Shown here piece by piece: positions 11,403-22,905 of a stretch of 64,000 bases of DNA. The notes beneath the pieces were generated by a model that was given only the letters and a program-made list of their open reading frames with translations, was not told the origin of the DNA and did no database searches. Source of the stretch: Rhizodiscina lignyota. Its lineage: Eukaryota. The position numbers and the translations under genes are program-made. Position 1 is the first letter of the stretch. Each line of letters begins with the position of its first letter. Location of the stretch: assembly GCA_010015805.1 (NCBI GenBank), contig ML978131.1, positions 930,001-994,000 of the forward strand. The letters are read 5' to 3'.

Positions 11403-12925
11403 GTTGGATGAGTAAGACGGGGGGAATACGCCAGATAGATATCAAATGAGATGGGAAACAGCAACTTCCCAATGCCGGAGTGACAGGTAAAGTATTTTGA
11501 CCGTCTTCTTATCATACTTTCTCTCTTGTATTTAAGCTAACTTGGAGCCTTCAGAATGCGGCCTGAGGCATTGCTGTGCTGCATGGATCTCCGGGAGGCT
11601 GTGCAAAAATTCCCCCAAGCCGAATTGCACAGTCAACAGTCCACCTCAGGCTACAAGGCTGAAAGTACAGTGACAATGTTCGATATTATAAGTGCCTACT
11701 GCCGTAAAGCAGCTGCTACTCATACGAAGGAGCTAGTTTCCAGCAAGCGAACAGGCTACACGACCACTCTACTAGATCCGCTCCTAGCATCCCAAAGAGG
11801 CTTCTATATATTAGTGAGTTTACATTCGACGTTATCAAGGAGTGGTTTGCCAGGCCTGCCTTAGAGGATTTGCTACTCGTTGTTGCGGAAACGAGACGCT
11901 GTTGCAGGTCTCATACGCTCACGAGAAACTAGATCCTTCGTAGCATGGCTACTCTTCCGCTGAATCAGTTCAAAACAGCTGCATTCAGAGGTTAGATCTC
12001 GAACTGCTCATGAACCAAACAAGTGGCTAAGAGAAGAATTCGGATGGCAAATAAGAAAAAGTGTACTCCGCGGTAAACGAAGCGATCTCAGTCCTCCTCT
12101 CTGGGATGGGCTTGAAGGTTTTCTGTTCGAATCTGTACGTCTTTGCCTTTATGTAGAGATGGAATTGAAGCGGAAGACATGTTCCCTTAACTTAGTAAAG
12201 TACGGAGTACGAATTGAAATTATTAAGTTTTAATCCAAAAGTTTCCATATTCCCATCCGTGAATATAGAGTAGTCATTAGGTCTAATAGTTCGTATGAGA
12301 AGGTGAGCTTGTCGTATGTCAACCCTGTGTCGTCAGTAAAGCAGAGACATTCCTGATCAGATCGAACCGCGCGCTGCCACACAATCCAGTGGCTGGGCTC
12401 CTTCCTTCAAACTGCGCGTTCGCGTCTGTGACCGTCACGGCAGACGTTGCGAATGCGCCTCCATCGCAACTACACTAAGATATTGCAACGCACTTCAATG
12501 ATTCTACAACTCTGCTTCTGTACTCGAACACGCGTTAGGAAGGCCAACGTCACGCTTCACGAACGCGATCGCGTCGCCCAGCACAGCCACACTCCGCTCC
12601 GCCCTCTCGAACACTCTCGAGTCCGCAATGCTTGACGTGGCAAGCACTCCGCCTCAAAAGCTTGATTTTAGCATACCTTGGAATGACCAGTGAAACCATG
12701 CATCAGATTCAGGGTCGATTGGCGTTTTCGCCAAACATGTACGCGACAGCCGTGCGCAGCCGCCGCTGTGAGACGTCATCGGCCTGCCGCAGGTTGGAAT
12801 GATGTGACACCCTGGTTACCTACTTCAACGTGCTTTCATGATGTTTGAACTGGATATAAACTGACTGATAGTCACTGGAGATTTTCCGCTACATACAACT
12901 ATCTGCTAACTACAGAATACTCACA

Positions 12926-14644
12926 ATGGATTCCAATACAGCTTCCCATCCAACTCAGGGCTACTATGCTCCAGCAGATCAGCAGCAAGGACAGAGCTCC
13001 GAGCAATACCAAGCATATCACCCGCCTCAAGAGCAAGCTCCTCCACAAAGCCAACAACCTCAATTCCAAGCATATCATCCACCTCATGAGCAAGCTCCTC
13101 AGCAAGGCCAGCAACCTCAATTCGCTCCACCTCCGATGAGCCAGAATGATCAAGCACAGTTGAACCCAGCCACCCAATTCGCTCCACCTCCCACGAGCCA
13201 GGATACCCAGGCACAACAATATCCCCCAACTCAATTCGCACCGCCTCCAAACCAAAACGATCCAACCGAGCAGCAATTCTATCCTCCCCCACTATTTTCA
13301 GGTCGTCAAGACCTTCACCATCCTCCACCACAGACAGAGCAAGGACTGGGTACGACCGCACCAGGAAAAGCTGAAGCGCAAGCTCAAGGAGTGCCTCCAA
13401 CGAACTACAATGCACCTATTCAAGCCGAGCATGCCCCTCCATCGACAGGCTTCACAGGATACCCTCCACAGATACCTGGCGAAGCGGGCACGGCCGGCGT
13501 AGCTCCAGCAGTGGGACAAGAGGCTGCCCCTGGTCTTCCTCCACGTCCAGAAGTCTACAACCCACCTCTTCCTCCACGTCGAAACCCGCAGAACTTCGGC
13601 GAAGACGACCCATCGAATCCAATCCATTACATGCGAGACCCTCACAAGCTGATCGTTTACCTCATCCCATTCCCCAAACCTCAGATGAAAAATGTGGACG
13701 CTTCGAAGATTCCCGATCGATTCCTCATCTATACTCCTCCTCCACCGCCGTTGAGCAGGCCCAAAGAAGGCGAGAAGGAGGGCAAGTTCCACAAAGTGCA
13801 GCGGAAATGGCAGGAAGAAGTGCGCGAGGCGAAGACTTCCCAAGCAAAAACGGCAAGTTGGAAAGGCATCAAGGGCAAGGCGACCAAGGGAATTGATTGG
13901 GCGATGGCGAAGACAACTACGTCAAGTTTGGACTTTTTGAACCGCATTGAACATGACAAGAAGCAGAAGAAGGGTTCTCACTCGGACGACGAAGTCGAAG
14001 AAGGAGAGACAACGAAGCGCACTGTTGGGCTCGAAGAAATGGTCCTCATCTACCCTTCGACAGTTCCTGGCACTCAGGAAGAGCTGCGCACTGAATTCGT
14101 CAACTCAATGCTACGTTCCAAGTCCAAGGCGCAGCGAGACTCGGTGATCGCCACTGGTTTGCTCCCTGTTGGATTTGCCATTGATGTCCTGGCCACATTC
14201 GTCTGGCCATTCGGAGGTCTGGCGGAGATCGATTCAGTCTGGCTATATTCATCGCTCCGAGGAGCAAAGGTCGCCCGCTCAACCACCAAGCGCCTCACTT
14301 CATCTTCGACCTCCGGTAATCACGAGCAGGACAAGCTTCGCCTTACGTTTACGCCCTCGCAAAGACTCGAGGTGCTCAGGAGGTATCTTGCGGCACGCTG
14401 CCACGAGCGCGAGCCATATATCTTCCCTACGGCGGGTCCGGTACCAACCGAGACACAAGTTCTAGAGGCAATTGGCTGGGCGCCAAGTCAGACGGGTGGA
14501 GAGACGAAGAATTGGGAAGATGAACAGTGGGAGATTAGTGAGGTAAAGGAAGATTTGAAGTCGGTAATGGGCAAGGGATCTCGGGAATGGGAGAAGTGGT
14601 GTAAGGCTTTTGAGAAGGACCCGGAGAAGGCGTTGAAGAAATGA
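12926..14644 (+). CDS. Fungal hypothetical protein with Pro/Gln-rich repeat N-terminus and probable hydrophobic hairpin (572 aa)
   Basis: Long intronless ORF; low-complexity N-terminus, globular-looking C-terminus (RDPHKLIVYLIPFPKP...), hydrophobic VIATGLLPVGFAIDVLATFVWPFGGL. Confidence 0.85.
   Translation: MDSNTASHPTQGYYAPADQQQGQSSEQYQAYHPPQEQAPPQSQQPQFQAYHPPHEQAPQQGQQPQFAPPPMSQNDQAQLNPATQFAPPPTSQDTQAQQYPPTQFAPPPNQNDPTEQQFYPPPLFSGRQDLHHPPPQTEQGLGTTAPGKAEAQAQGVPPTNYNAPIQAEHAPPSTGFTGYPPQIPGEAGTAGVAPAVGQEAAPGLPPRPEVYNPPLPPRRNPQNFGEDDPSNPIHYMRDPHKLIVYLIPFPKPQMKNVDASKIPDRFLIYTPPPPPLSRPKEGEKEGKFHKVQRKWQEEVREAKTSQAKTASWKGIKGKATKGIDWAMAKTTTSSLDFLNRIEHDKKQKKGSHSDDEVEEGETTKRTVGLEEMVLIYPSTVPGTQEELRTEFVNSMLRSKSKAQRDSVIATGLLPVGFAIDVLATFVWPFGGLAEIDSVWLYSSLRGAKVARSTTKRLTSSSTSGNHEQDKLRLTFTPSQRLEVLRRYLAARCHEREPYIFPTAGPVPTETQVLEAIGWAPSQTGGETKNWEDEQWEISEVKEDLKSVMGKGSREWEKWCKAFEKDPEKALKK
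13004..13291 (+). repeat. Coding tandem repeat, 57 nt (19 aa) period, about 5 copies
   Basis: Units start CAAT(A/T)C at 13004, 13061, 13118, 13175 and 13232, with a partial unit at 13274, encoding Q(Y/F)QAYHPP / QFAPPP / QFYPPP. Confidence 0.8.
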
Positions 14645-14941
14645 GACTTGATCAGTCTCTACTTGGGTTTTTGGATATCTGAATTTCTTTGGTATACCCT
14701 GACTTTGGGAGTTAGATACGTCAAAGCTAGCGAACTTGGACCATGATTCTACAGCTTCTTCAGATGGCATGGAGTTAAATTAGTATTTGAAGCATCAGTG
14801 TGCAATTCAATCTGTGATTAAGCATTCTATTGCCGCAGGAAGATCGAATAATGTCTCAACTGAAGTATGTGCTAAAATACAATGCCTAGCATTGAGCTTC
14901 TATCTTCTACTTCTATCTTCTAGAGAGTATACTAGATAAGG

Positions 14942-16137
14942 CTAATCGTCCAAACTGTCGCCTCGAATTTCACTCCACCACCTGGACGCACTCCACATTT
15001 CACCGTCCTTCTCGCCAACCAGAAACCAGTACTTGCGCAGAAACCACGGCTTGGGCTCCCAACTCCTTGCATCCCACGGCACTCTAGCCGCTGACCGGAC
15101 ACCGTCCGAATTGCAACTGCCCCAGCACACTAAGCCGTCGTCTGTCAGGTCGATGCAAAGCTCGGCCTCGTCGATCAGTGGTGGCGAGACCGATATTGCA
15201 GATAGAAGTCTTGCGCGAAACTCTGGGAATGGGATCACATCCTGGATATTCAGTCAACAGCCGAGCTTCGTCAGATATGGGTCTATTCACAAGATATGGA
15301 TGATGCTCTTGAGTTATCTGTGCTTCTACCGGTCTAAGTGCCTGCGGAATAGATGCATATCGAGCTAAGGACGTTCCTAGCTTCGTCGGATCATTGCCCT
15401 CTACCAGAGGGCTCACGTCGTCGTCGTCGAGGTAGTCCTCAAAATCGAACCCCAATGCTCTCGCGTTAGCATAAATTGCAGCGAAGAACGATGCTTGGAG
15501 TATGGGGAAATTATTCATGCGAAGATCCGGAAGCTTGGACTGTAAGTTGAGATCTTGAAGGAGATTAATATTGGGGGCGCCGCGGCCGTCCAGAAGCGGA
15601 TCTTGTAGAAGCGTCAGTATGTCAAGGTAACGTAGACCGTTATCACGGATAAGAGCGAACAATCGGCGGCGCTGGTCCCTCTTCAAGGCCCAGAAGCAAC
15701 GTGAGATACTTTTGGCTGAAAATGGTTGGCGGTGTGGGTCTTGTAAATTGAGGGCGTGGCTTCCAACGCCTTTGTTCGTCTCGACATGTTGGACAGCTTC
15801 CCCCGACACTGGTAAGGCGGACGAATCTATTTCCTCGACGGAGTCGCGCGATCGAGTCCCAGCGCCTTGAGACCCGCCTATTTGTCCCCTTGCGCTGTTC
15901 GCGGCATCTATCCGTGATATTTCATGGCCGACGGCAGGATAGGTCGCAACAATGGATTCCAGAAGCTGCAACTTTTGCTTTCGTTTCTCGCCTGCACATT
16001 ATCAGCAGGAGGATTTCAAATGATGAGACGTTCGACGAACGATAGTTCTTTGACGCTACTCTCCCCTGCCTCCTACGTTCCTCGCTCTTGATACCAGCAC
16101 GAGCTTTCTTTCCGCGAAGCACACTTGTGTCAGTCAT
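14942..16137 (-). CDS. bZIP-like transcription factor with C-terminal DUF3425 domain, 3 exons
   Basis: Basic region EERRRQGRVASKNYR|EKRKQKLQLLE; LRPVEAQITQEHHPYL|DVIPFPEFR; PWDARSWEPKPWFLRKYWFL typical of DUF3425. Introns ~15993-16041 and ~15243-15290. Confidence 0.88.
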
Positions 16138-16549
16138 TGTGCGTCGTCCGAGTGGTGTTAGCTCGAACACGAATGTATGGCGTCAGCATGCTTCGGTCTG
16201 AGGCTCTCACTTCAATGGTAAAAATGAGATGTGAAGGTGTTGTGCAAGATACCCTGTCATTCGTTAAGTCCGAACGTTCAATTCCGGAGATGCCAGGATG
16301 CTGACGCCAGTACGATACCCGCAAAAGCCGCATCTATCTGCTGGCGTCAACAATGGGTTTTGCGTACACTCAGTGGAACCAGACAGTTGATGCGTCCGTT
16401 TTACCAAAAGATATATGATTATCGCATCATCAAGCCTTGCCCAACATGAATATAAAATCCTTTACTTCTTGCGTTGCTGCGTGGGCTCCTCAAATAACAT
16501 TTACATACGCCTGATTGCACACCGATTTCATAGCTAATCCCTCCCCAAG

Positions 16550-17816
16550 ATGGCCTCTGCGAATGACCGCGAAGACTTGAAAGGGCTTCAGAGAGAAGCC
16601 AACTATGATCGGAGCCATACTTCCGACTCCATGGCCGCAAGGCTCGCCAATAGGATTGCTGGCAAATCTGGTAAGCTTGAGTCCGATCGCCTCGTCTTTG
16701 ACGACTTCTAGTAACGAGCTGTGCCAGTGGTTATCACGGGTGTTAGCCCACGTGGTTTGGGTGCCGATGCTGCCCGAGCAATATACAAGCACAACCCAAA
16801 GCTCTTGATTCTGGCAAGTCGCACTAAAGCGAACATCCAAGCTGTCATTGATAGTATCGGGAGCCCCGGTGCTGGAAATGTCGAAGGGATACTACTAGAT
16901 CTATCCAGCCTTGACTCGGTGCGAGCGGCAGCTGGCGAAGTACTCAAGCTCACGCCCGTTGTTGACGTCCTCATTAACAATGCCGCGGTAATGATGGTGC
17001 CGGAGTACACGACTACCAAGAACGGATTCGAGATGCACTTCGGCATAAACCATCTTGGCCATTTCTTGTTCACCAACTTGTTGATGCCGGCTCTGCTGAA
17101 GTCTGTCGACGGCGCTCGTGTCGTCAATGTGTCTGCCGCAGCACACCGGATGACGCTCGTGAACTTTGAGGATCCAAACTTCGCGGTATGTTCAACCTGC
17201 GCAGGGAACCGCAGCCATATCTGACCTGCCTGCTGCAAGAACGGGACAAAGTATGAGCCTCTGCTAGGCTATGCACAGTCCAAGTGCGCCAATCTTCTCT
17301 TTTCCCACGCTCTTGCCAACCGATATGGGAGCCAAGGGCTGTTGTCGTTCGGCGTGGATCCTGGCGGTCAGTAATCTCTGCAGCTTTTCTGTTGCCGAGT
17401 GACTAAAATCTGTGACAGCTGTCCCTGATACACAAATTAGCCGCTTGATCTCGAAGGAAGAGCTAATTCGCCAAGGTAATTAGCCGTATGCCGCGGAGAC
17501 GCTCCATGTTTCTGACCGAACTTTTGCAGGATGGTTCAACGAAGATGGAACCCCCAAGCAAGCAACGATACTCCCAAAGACCATTCAACAGGCTTCATCC
17601 AGCTACATCATGGCAGCGTTCGACCCGGCTATCCTAGGTTAGTCCTCCTACAGCCATTCAATACCAGTGCTTATGGGATTCCCAGATCATAACGGCGCGT
17701 GCATTACTTCCTGCATTGTAGATGATTCTGTGGCACCATACGTGCTCGATAGAGGAAATGCCGAGAAGCTCTGGGTATTGTCAGAGAAGCTCATTGGCCA
17801 GGAATTTGGTTCTTAG
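16550..17816 (+). CDS. Short-chain dehydrogenase/reductase (retinol dehydrogenase/WWOX-like), multi-exon
   Basis: IAGKS|VVITGVSPRGLG, LDLSSLDSVR, DVLINNAAVM, FEMHFGINHLGHFLFTNLL, GYAQSK (YxxxK) and NAEKLWVLSEKLIG; TAG at 17814-17816; divergent from the DUF3425 TF. Confidence 0.9.
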
Positions 17817-18537
17817 ATTGCTGTATCGTGTACGGGAACGCCCAAGAGTCGGACTTCGAAATTGCACCTGCAATGTTCCGCAGCAGTGTACGAGGTATTA
17901 AGCACCTGGAGGATCATTTTTCAGTCCGAAACTAGACGAAAGCCTTGTTCCGTTCGCAGCGTATCTTACATGTTCTGAGCCGTGTGGGCTTTGGATTCAT
18001 CCACTATCAGATCCTTTCCTTTCGTTGTTGCTGAACCACACCAAATCTAAATGCCTTCGACTTCGTAAAGACCGCTTAGTGTATCGAACGATTGAGCAGA
18101 GATAAGAAGCTTCTATGGGTTCAAAGGTAAGGATGTAGGAGAATATTCAATGTGAGGAGGCTCGGAAGAACATTACAAACTGGCATGCGTGATATCTAGA
18201 TTGATGCGAATGGAAAACACGAGAAAGAAAAGCAGAGAAAAATAATCAAGCCACGAACTGAGCCATAACGAGCGGCAATGGCCCGGAAGTGGGTCGTTGA
18301 TAGGATATCGACGCAATCCTACTGTGTAGACCAGTAGTAGCCCGTTTTTAGGCTAGACGAGGAGGATGTAATCAGTGATTAGAGTTGCTCAGGGCTAGCT
18401 CAAGCTTGACTAATGTAGCTCAGGTTCAAAGGCGGAAGTGGACTTTGGTGGGTTAGTTTGAGTGTAGAGAAAATGTCGCTTATACCGTACCTTCACCTAG
18501 CCCACCTCCTCCCTTTCCCTATTAAGTTAGCGCCGTA

Positions 18538-18843
18538 TCACGTCTTTGTGCGCAAAATTACGCGCTGGCTCAACATCGGCTCTGCTGCAAGAAGAAGAGA
18601 GGTGATAAGACCTGAGGCGAAGTCGACTTCAATCATACTTGCTAAGCGACCAAAAATTGCAAGTGCATAGGTAATATCATCATCCTTGGGCCCTAGAAAA
18701 GCCAGGAGATTTCTGGAGTATCGGTAGATGCCGCCCATCATTAGAACTTGCTGAGCCCGTTCGGCATAGTCGCTTTGGTTAATGTACAAACACCAAAAAT
18801 CTACGAGAAGGGCTACTAAGTCGACATGATGGCAAATCGTCAC
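18538..18843 (-). pseudogene. Degenerate HET (heterokaryon incompatibility) domain fragment
   Basis: FWCLYINQSDYAERAQQVLMMGGIYRYSRNLLAFLG matches the HET core W-DA-CINQ-D--E---QV--M--IY--A--V--WLG with eroded key residues; no ATG start and multiple stops downstream. Confidence 0.7.
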
Positions 18844-19012
18844 TTCCCCAGCTTTGCATTACCGGCAGTCCCCACTCAGTCTAGAAAAACCATGACAATC
18901 CTAATAAAGTGTGAAGATTCGTGTTGCATCAAATTACTGTAGTGGTAACGGTACGCTCAAGAAGTCATTGTGCAGGATTAGATTCGACTCTAACTAGGTC
19001 AATGCTAAGAAG

Positions 19013-22000
19013 TCACCAAGGAAGTACCAAGGTCTCCTCGTACCTAATTAGAGCGGTCCTTGAACCTCTTGTGTACGATCGAGGCATTGAGCCTACTCTC
19101 CATCTGAGTTCAGGAGGAACATCACTGCCCTTCAAAATCCGTTTACCCTCACTGTAATACGAGCTTCGATGCCACCCGGGCTTCTTGTCTTTTACAACGT
19201 CACTGACCTTGGTATAAGCATCCTCGTATGATGAACCATGTATCATACAGTGCAGTAGCAGCTGAAGGTTGCTCCAGTAATCCATCTCTTTAGCTCCCTC
19301 TGGAGGATCTGGAATTGTCAATCCTTGGAGTTCAAGTATCCAGTTATAACAGTCAAGCCGTTGTTTTTTGGTAACAGAGCGATAGGGTGGAGGAAGATTC
19401 CAGACGGTATCTCCTAGAACCACACGTTGTGAATAGAATCTCCGCGGCAATGGATGCCTAATAGTGTGGAACATGTGGCTACTTTGTAACAGGTCTTCAA
19501 CTACAACCGCAAGTGCGAAATTGTTATCGATCTCAGATGCAGCATCGAACACGAACAAGCAGATATCGTGATTGTTGTATGGCGTAGAAGTCAAATCCAA
19601 AGTCTCAAGGAGGACCATTCCATAGCCGGAAATCCTCGACTCGTCGTCCCGACAGAATGTGTAGTCCTGTTCGTACTTCTGGCTGACATGGCGACACCTT
19701 TCACATAGTTGAACCGTATGTTCTTGTTGCAAAGAAGTGACTTGCTTTCTTCGCGAAACCCTCCTGAAGGTGAGGTCCTCTGGCTTGGGTATTATATCGC
19801 GTTTGCGTTTAAAGCGTTCAAAACGTATGCCCAAGTTCGCCTTCTCTAGCGAATTCATTCTAGTGGGGATCAAGAAGCTCTTAGGTGCTCGTTGTGCTTC
19901 TCCGAATTTGTGAATCTTGTCAATGAATGCTCTTAACTGGGATCGTCGAAGATATCCAAAACCCAAAGCTTCAGTTGGCGGAGAATGGTCGAGGCGCTTT
20001 CGGTCAGGGAGCGAATACAGTGTGAGGAGTGCGCAAGTGACAGCTGCCGAGAAATGCTGCCAGGGCGACCCAAGTCGAAGACATTCAACGGTAGCTCGCC
20101 AAACTTGGTGACTGCATGGCCGAGCCTTCCTGTGCATAGAGTCTAGAGTCTCTGGAGGCTTTTGGAATTCCGCCTTCTTGAACAAGAGTTCCAACGCCTC
20201 TTTCGACACAGCGACGTAAGAAATTTCCTTCACTGTCTCCCATGTGCTGGTGATGAACGTAGAATATTCTATGAGGACATAGAATGTTACTGTTCGTGAT
20301 GCTGTTGATGCGCGACCTTCGGCATGAACATCCCCCGCCCAAGAGTCTTCAAGGTAGTCAAGATCTGCCTCGGAGATCGCAATTAGCTCATCCCACGTAG
20401 ATATAAAGTTAACTATATCTCGAGCAGCCCTCCTAGATTTGTCGTGTTCTCGGGCAAGTCCGCCAGCAAATTGCAGAATCTTTTCATAATTGTCCTCTGT
20501 CAATCGGAGGCCGAAGATACGGGACTCGAATATGGAAGCTGATTGCAGGGAACCCCGTTGAGTATTTGGTATAGGTATTGCGAGCACGCTTTCGTGCGGA
20601 ATTGGTGCTTGCACCCAGTCAAAATCTTCAAGAGGTTCCAATGTTTCCATGACCGTTGGAGGAGCCGGTATCCAGTGGGCTATTTGTCCTCGGCGAGAAA
20701 GAATTTCGCTTTCGACGCTTACGCTGGCAAGATCGTAGGGGGTACCAGTTGTGAATGACTTCAGCTGCCTAAGAATACCGGGCCGATAAACGTCCCTGGC
20801 CCAATCAGCGATGTAATCGATGATAAGCAGCAGCTGCAAAGAATCGTCTTTCTCCATTAAAGACCCACTCCAGAGCTGAACAATCTCCTAAGCGGCCGTC
20901 AGCTGAACTTCAACTAAACACATGGACAAGGAAAGCTCCGAAAAGAAGCTACAAGCCCAGTTCATTATGTGTCCGCTATCGTTTAGGGCAGCGAGGAAGA
21001 GCTTACGTATGAATTTGGGCTCTCATCAGTTGTATAGCAACTGTAAACTCTCCAGTTGTCTCCTTTACTTGCAATAAACCAGACCAAAGGGGCAGTGCTG
21101 TGTGTTTCCTGTGAACTAGTGACCCTTATGTTCTCCTGCAACGAGAGAAGTTCACGGATAGGAAAAGCGGTCTGTGTTTGAATCTCCTCGAAGCCCTCTG
21201 AGCTCTTCTCTCGTTTGGCTTCGAGAACCAAAAATGGGAACAGCAAGGGGTCCTGGCTCTCAACAAATGGAGTTGATCTGATATCGCTAGAGCTGGATGC
21301 ATCAAGGAGGTTGGCAAATGCACGTGTCTTTTTCAGCCCAACTACTCGGTCAGGCCTCCTAGGGACATCGTGTTGTGAGACAAGAGGGTCGTACATGACC
21401 ATCTCTTCGGCGCGGTTGTCGAAGAGCGGATTCATACCGAGGTCGTAGCTAGATCCAATAAGAACATGGCATGAAGGTCGCGTTTTGCACTCACGACGTA
21501 TCTCCGGCACGAATCTCTGGGGGACAGGTGCAAGACATTCGACTCTCTCGTCGCGCCTGAAGATCTCTGGTCACTGTATCGTTCGCCTCTATGGCCGCCT
21601 CGATCTGTGATCGCCAAATTCGTGCCCTACAGTGGGGGCTAGTGGAAGGGTTAGAAGCCTTGAACAGGTGAACAGGGTGCTGGGGAAGCTACCATGCGAC
21701 CTCCACCATGAACATATGAAGGACATCATTTTCTAAGTCGAACCGCCAACCAGCTTCGTTCCGTTGCTGATTGAAAAGCGTCGCAGCACGGGTTGAAAGC
21801 CATTCGGCTCGGCGTTTAGTCTGAGCCGTCCATGGCTCTTCATTCCGAATGACATCTCCTGCAGAGTAACCGTTGAAGCGTATGCCACGAATGAGACGAA
21901 TTTGATTGAACGTATTTTTGTGGCGAGATGGCAGTTCCGCATGACTTGGAGGCTTGAAGGTAATGCGAAACTTCTTAATGAGTCGACGAAGATCCCGGTC

Positions 22001-22015
22001 TTTTTCACTTGCCAT
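19013..22015 (-). CDS. PD-(D/E)XK nuclease-like domain protein with Cys cluster, 4 exons (~927 aa)
   Basis: Exons 22015-21693, 21638-21495, 21448-21007 and 20887-19013 splice in phase. Motifs EVACPHCR...SCTCP, RRPDRVVGL, FPFLVLEAK, IQTQTA, PLVWF...GDNWRVY, LWSG...LQLLLIIDYIADWARD. Confidence 0.8.
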
Positions 22016-22905
22016 GTCAACTCAAGAACATCAAGGTCTCCGTCTGGCTAAAGCCGTTACTATGAATGCGAGGACTTGTGCTGCCGTTGCGTTGGAGCAC
22101 TTGACAGGTGTCACGGCATCACTGACTTTAAATTGGCACAGGGGCTGTGGAAGGATCAGACACGTTCTGTTTCGGCCATCGGAACCCCACGTCCTAAGAC
22201 TGACACTGACAACAGGGAAATAGTTACATTGGCTGAGTCGAGCAGGCAAATGCGAAAATAAAACTCCTCAAAATCAAGAGGCACAATCTTCACGGATTAC
22301 AAGTAGGTCATTGTGTTTCAATGGGAATATGTGCATACTGAATCGAAAGCCGAGCGCCAAGGGCGCGGACATAAGTCCACCTTATGCCAGGGACTACCGC
22401 TAGACCCCTTTCAGTCACGAATAATAATGACTGCGCAAGCAACGCCGAGCCTTGAATTTTTAAAAAGAAAATTGGCGAAGAGAAGGGTGGGGCATAAAAG
22501 ACAAGCGACGCAAACCGGAGGCGGTTTGCCTGGAAGAGATTTGAGCGACGAACTCAAATCGGGTAGTTGCTCATCAAGGCCCACAACGCGCACACAGGTC
22601 CTGCAGCATCTGGTTAGGAACACATCGCAAGAGATTAGATTCAGGAAAAAGATTTGTTAGCCCCTCCTGTATTTTGCACGGATGAGTAGCCATTAGTTTC
22701 CAGCGCAATACTCGTTCGTTGCTGAAACGGATATACACTCATCGATGGAGGTCCGATGATGAAGGATAAGACAAGGAAGAAACGAAAGATTCTCGGATGT
22801 CGCGCTCCAGTAATCCTTTTACTCAGAGGAATTTGCGCTTCCAGTGTACCTCAAGTGATGGATAAACATGTTTAAGACACTGTGTATACTAGAGCCGATG
22901 AAGAA

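Noticed and set aside
11556..12120. ORF 11556-11864 and a possible gene relic (PKRLLYI segment in another frame)
   Set aside because: Short and stop-interrupted, with no convincing family motif.
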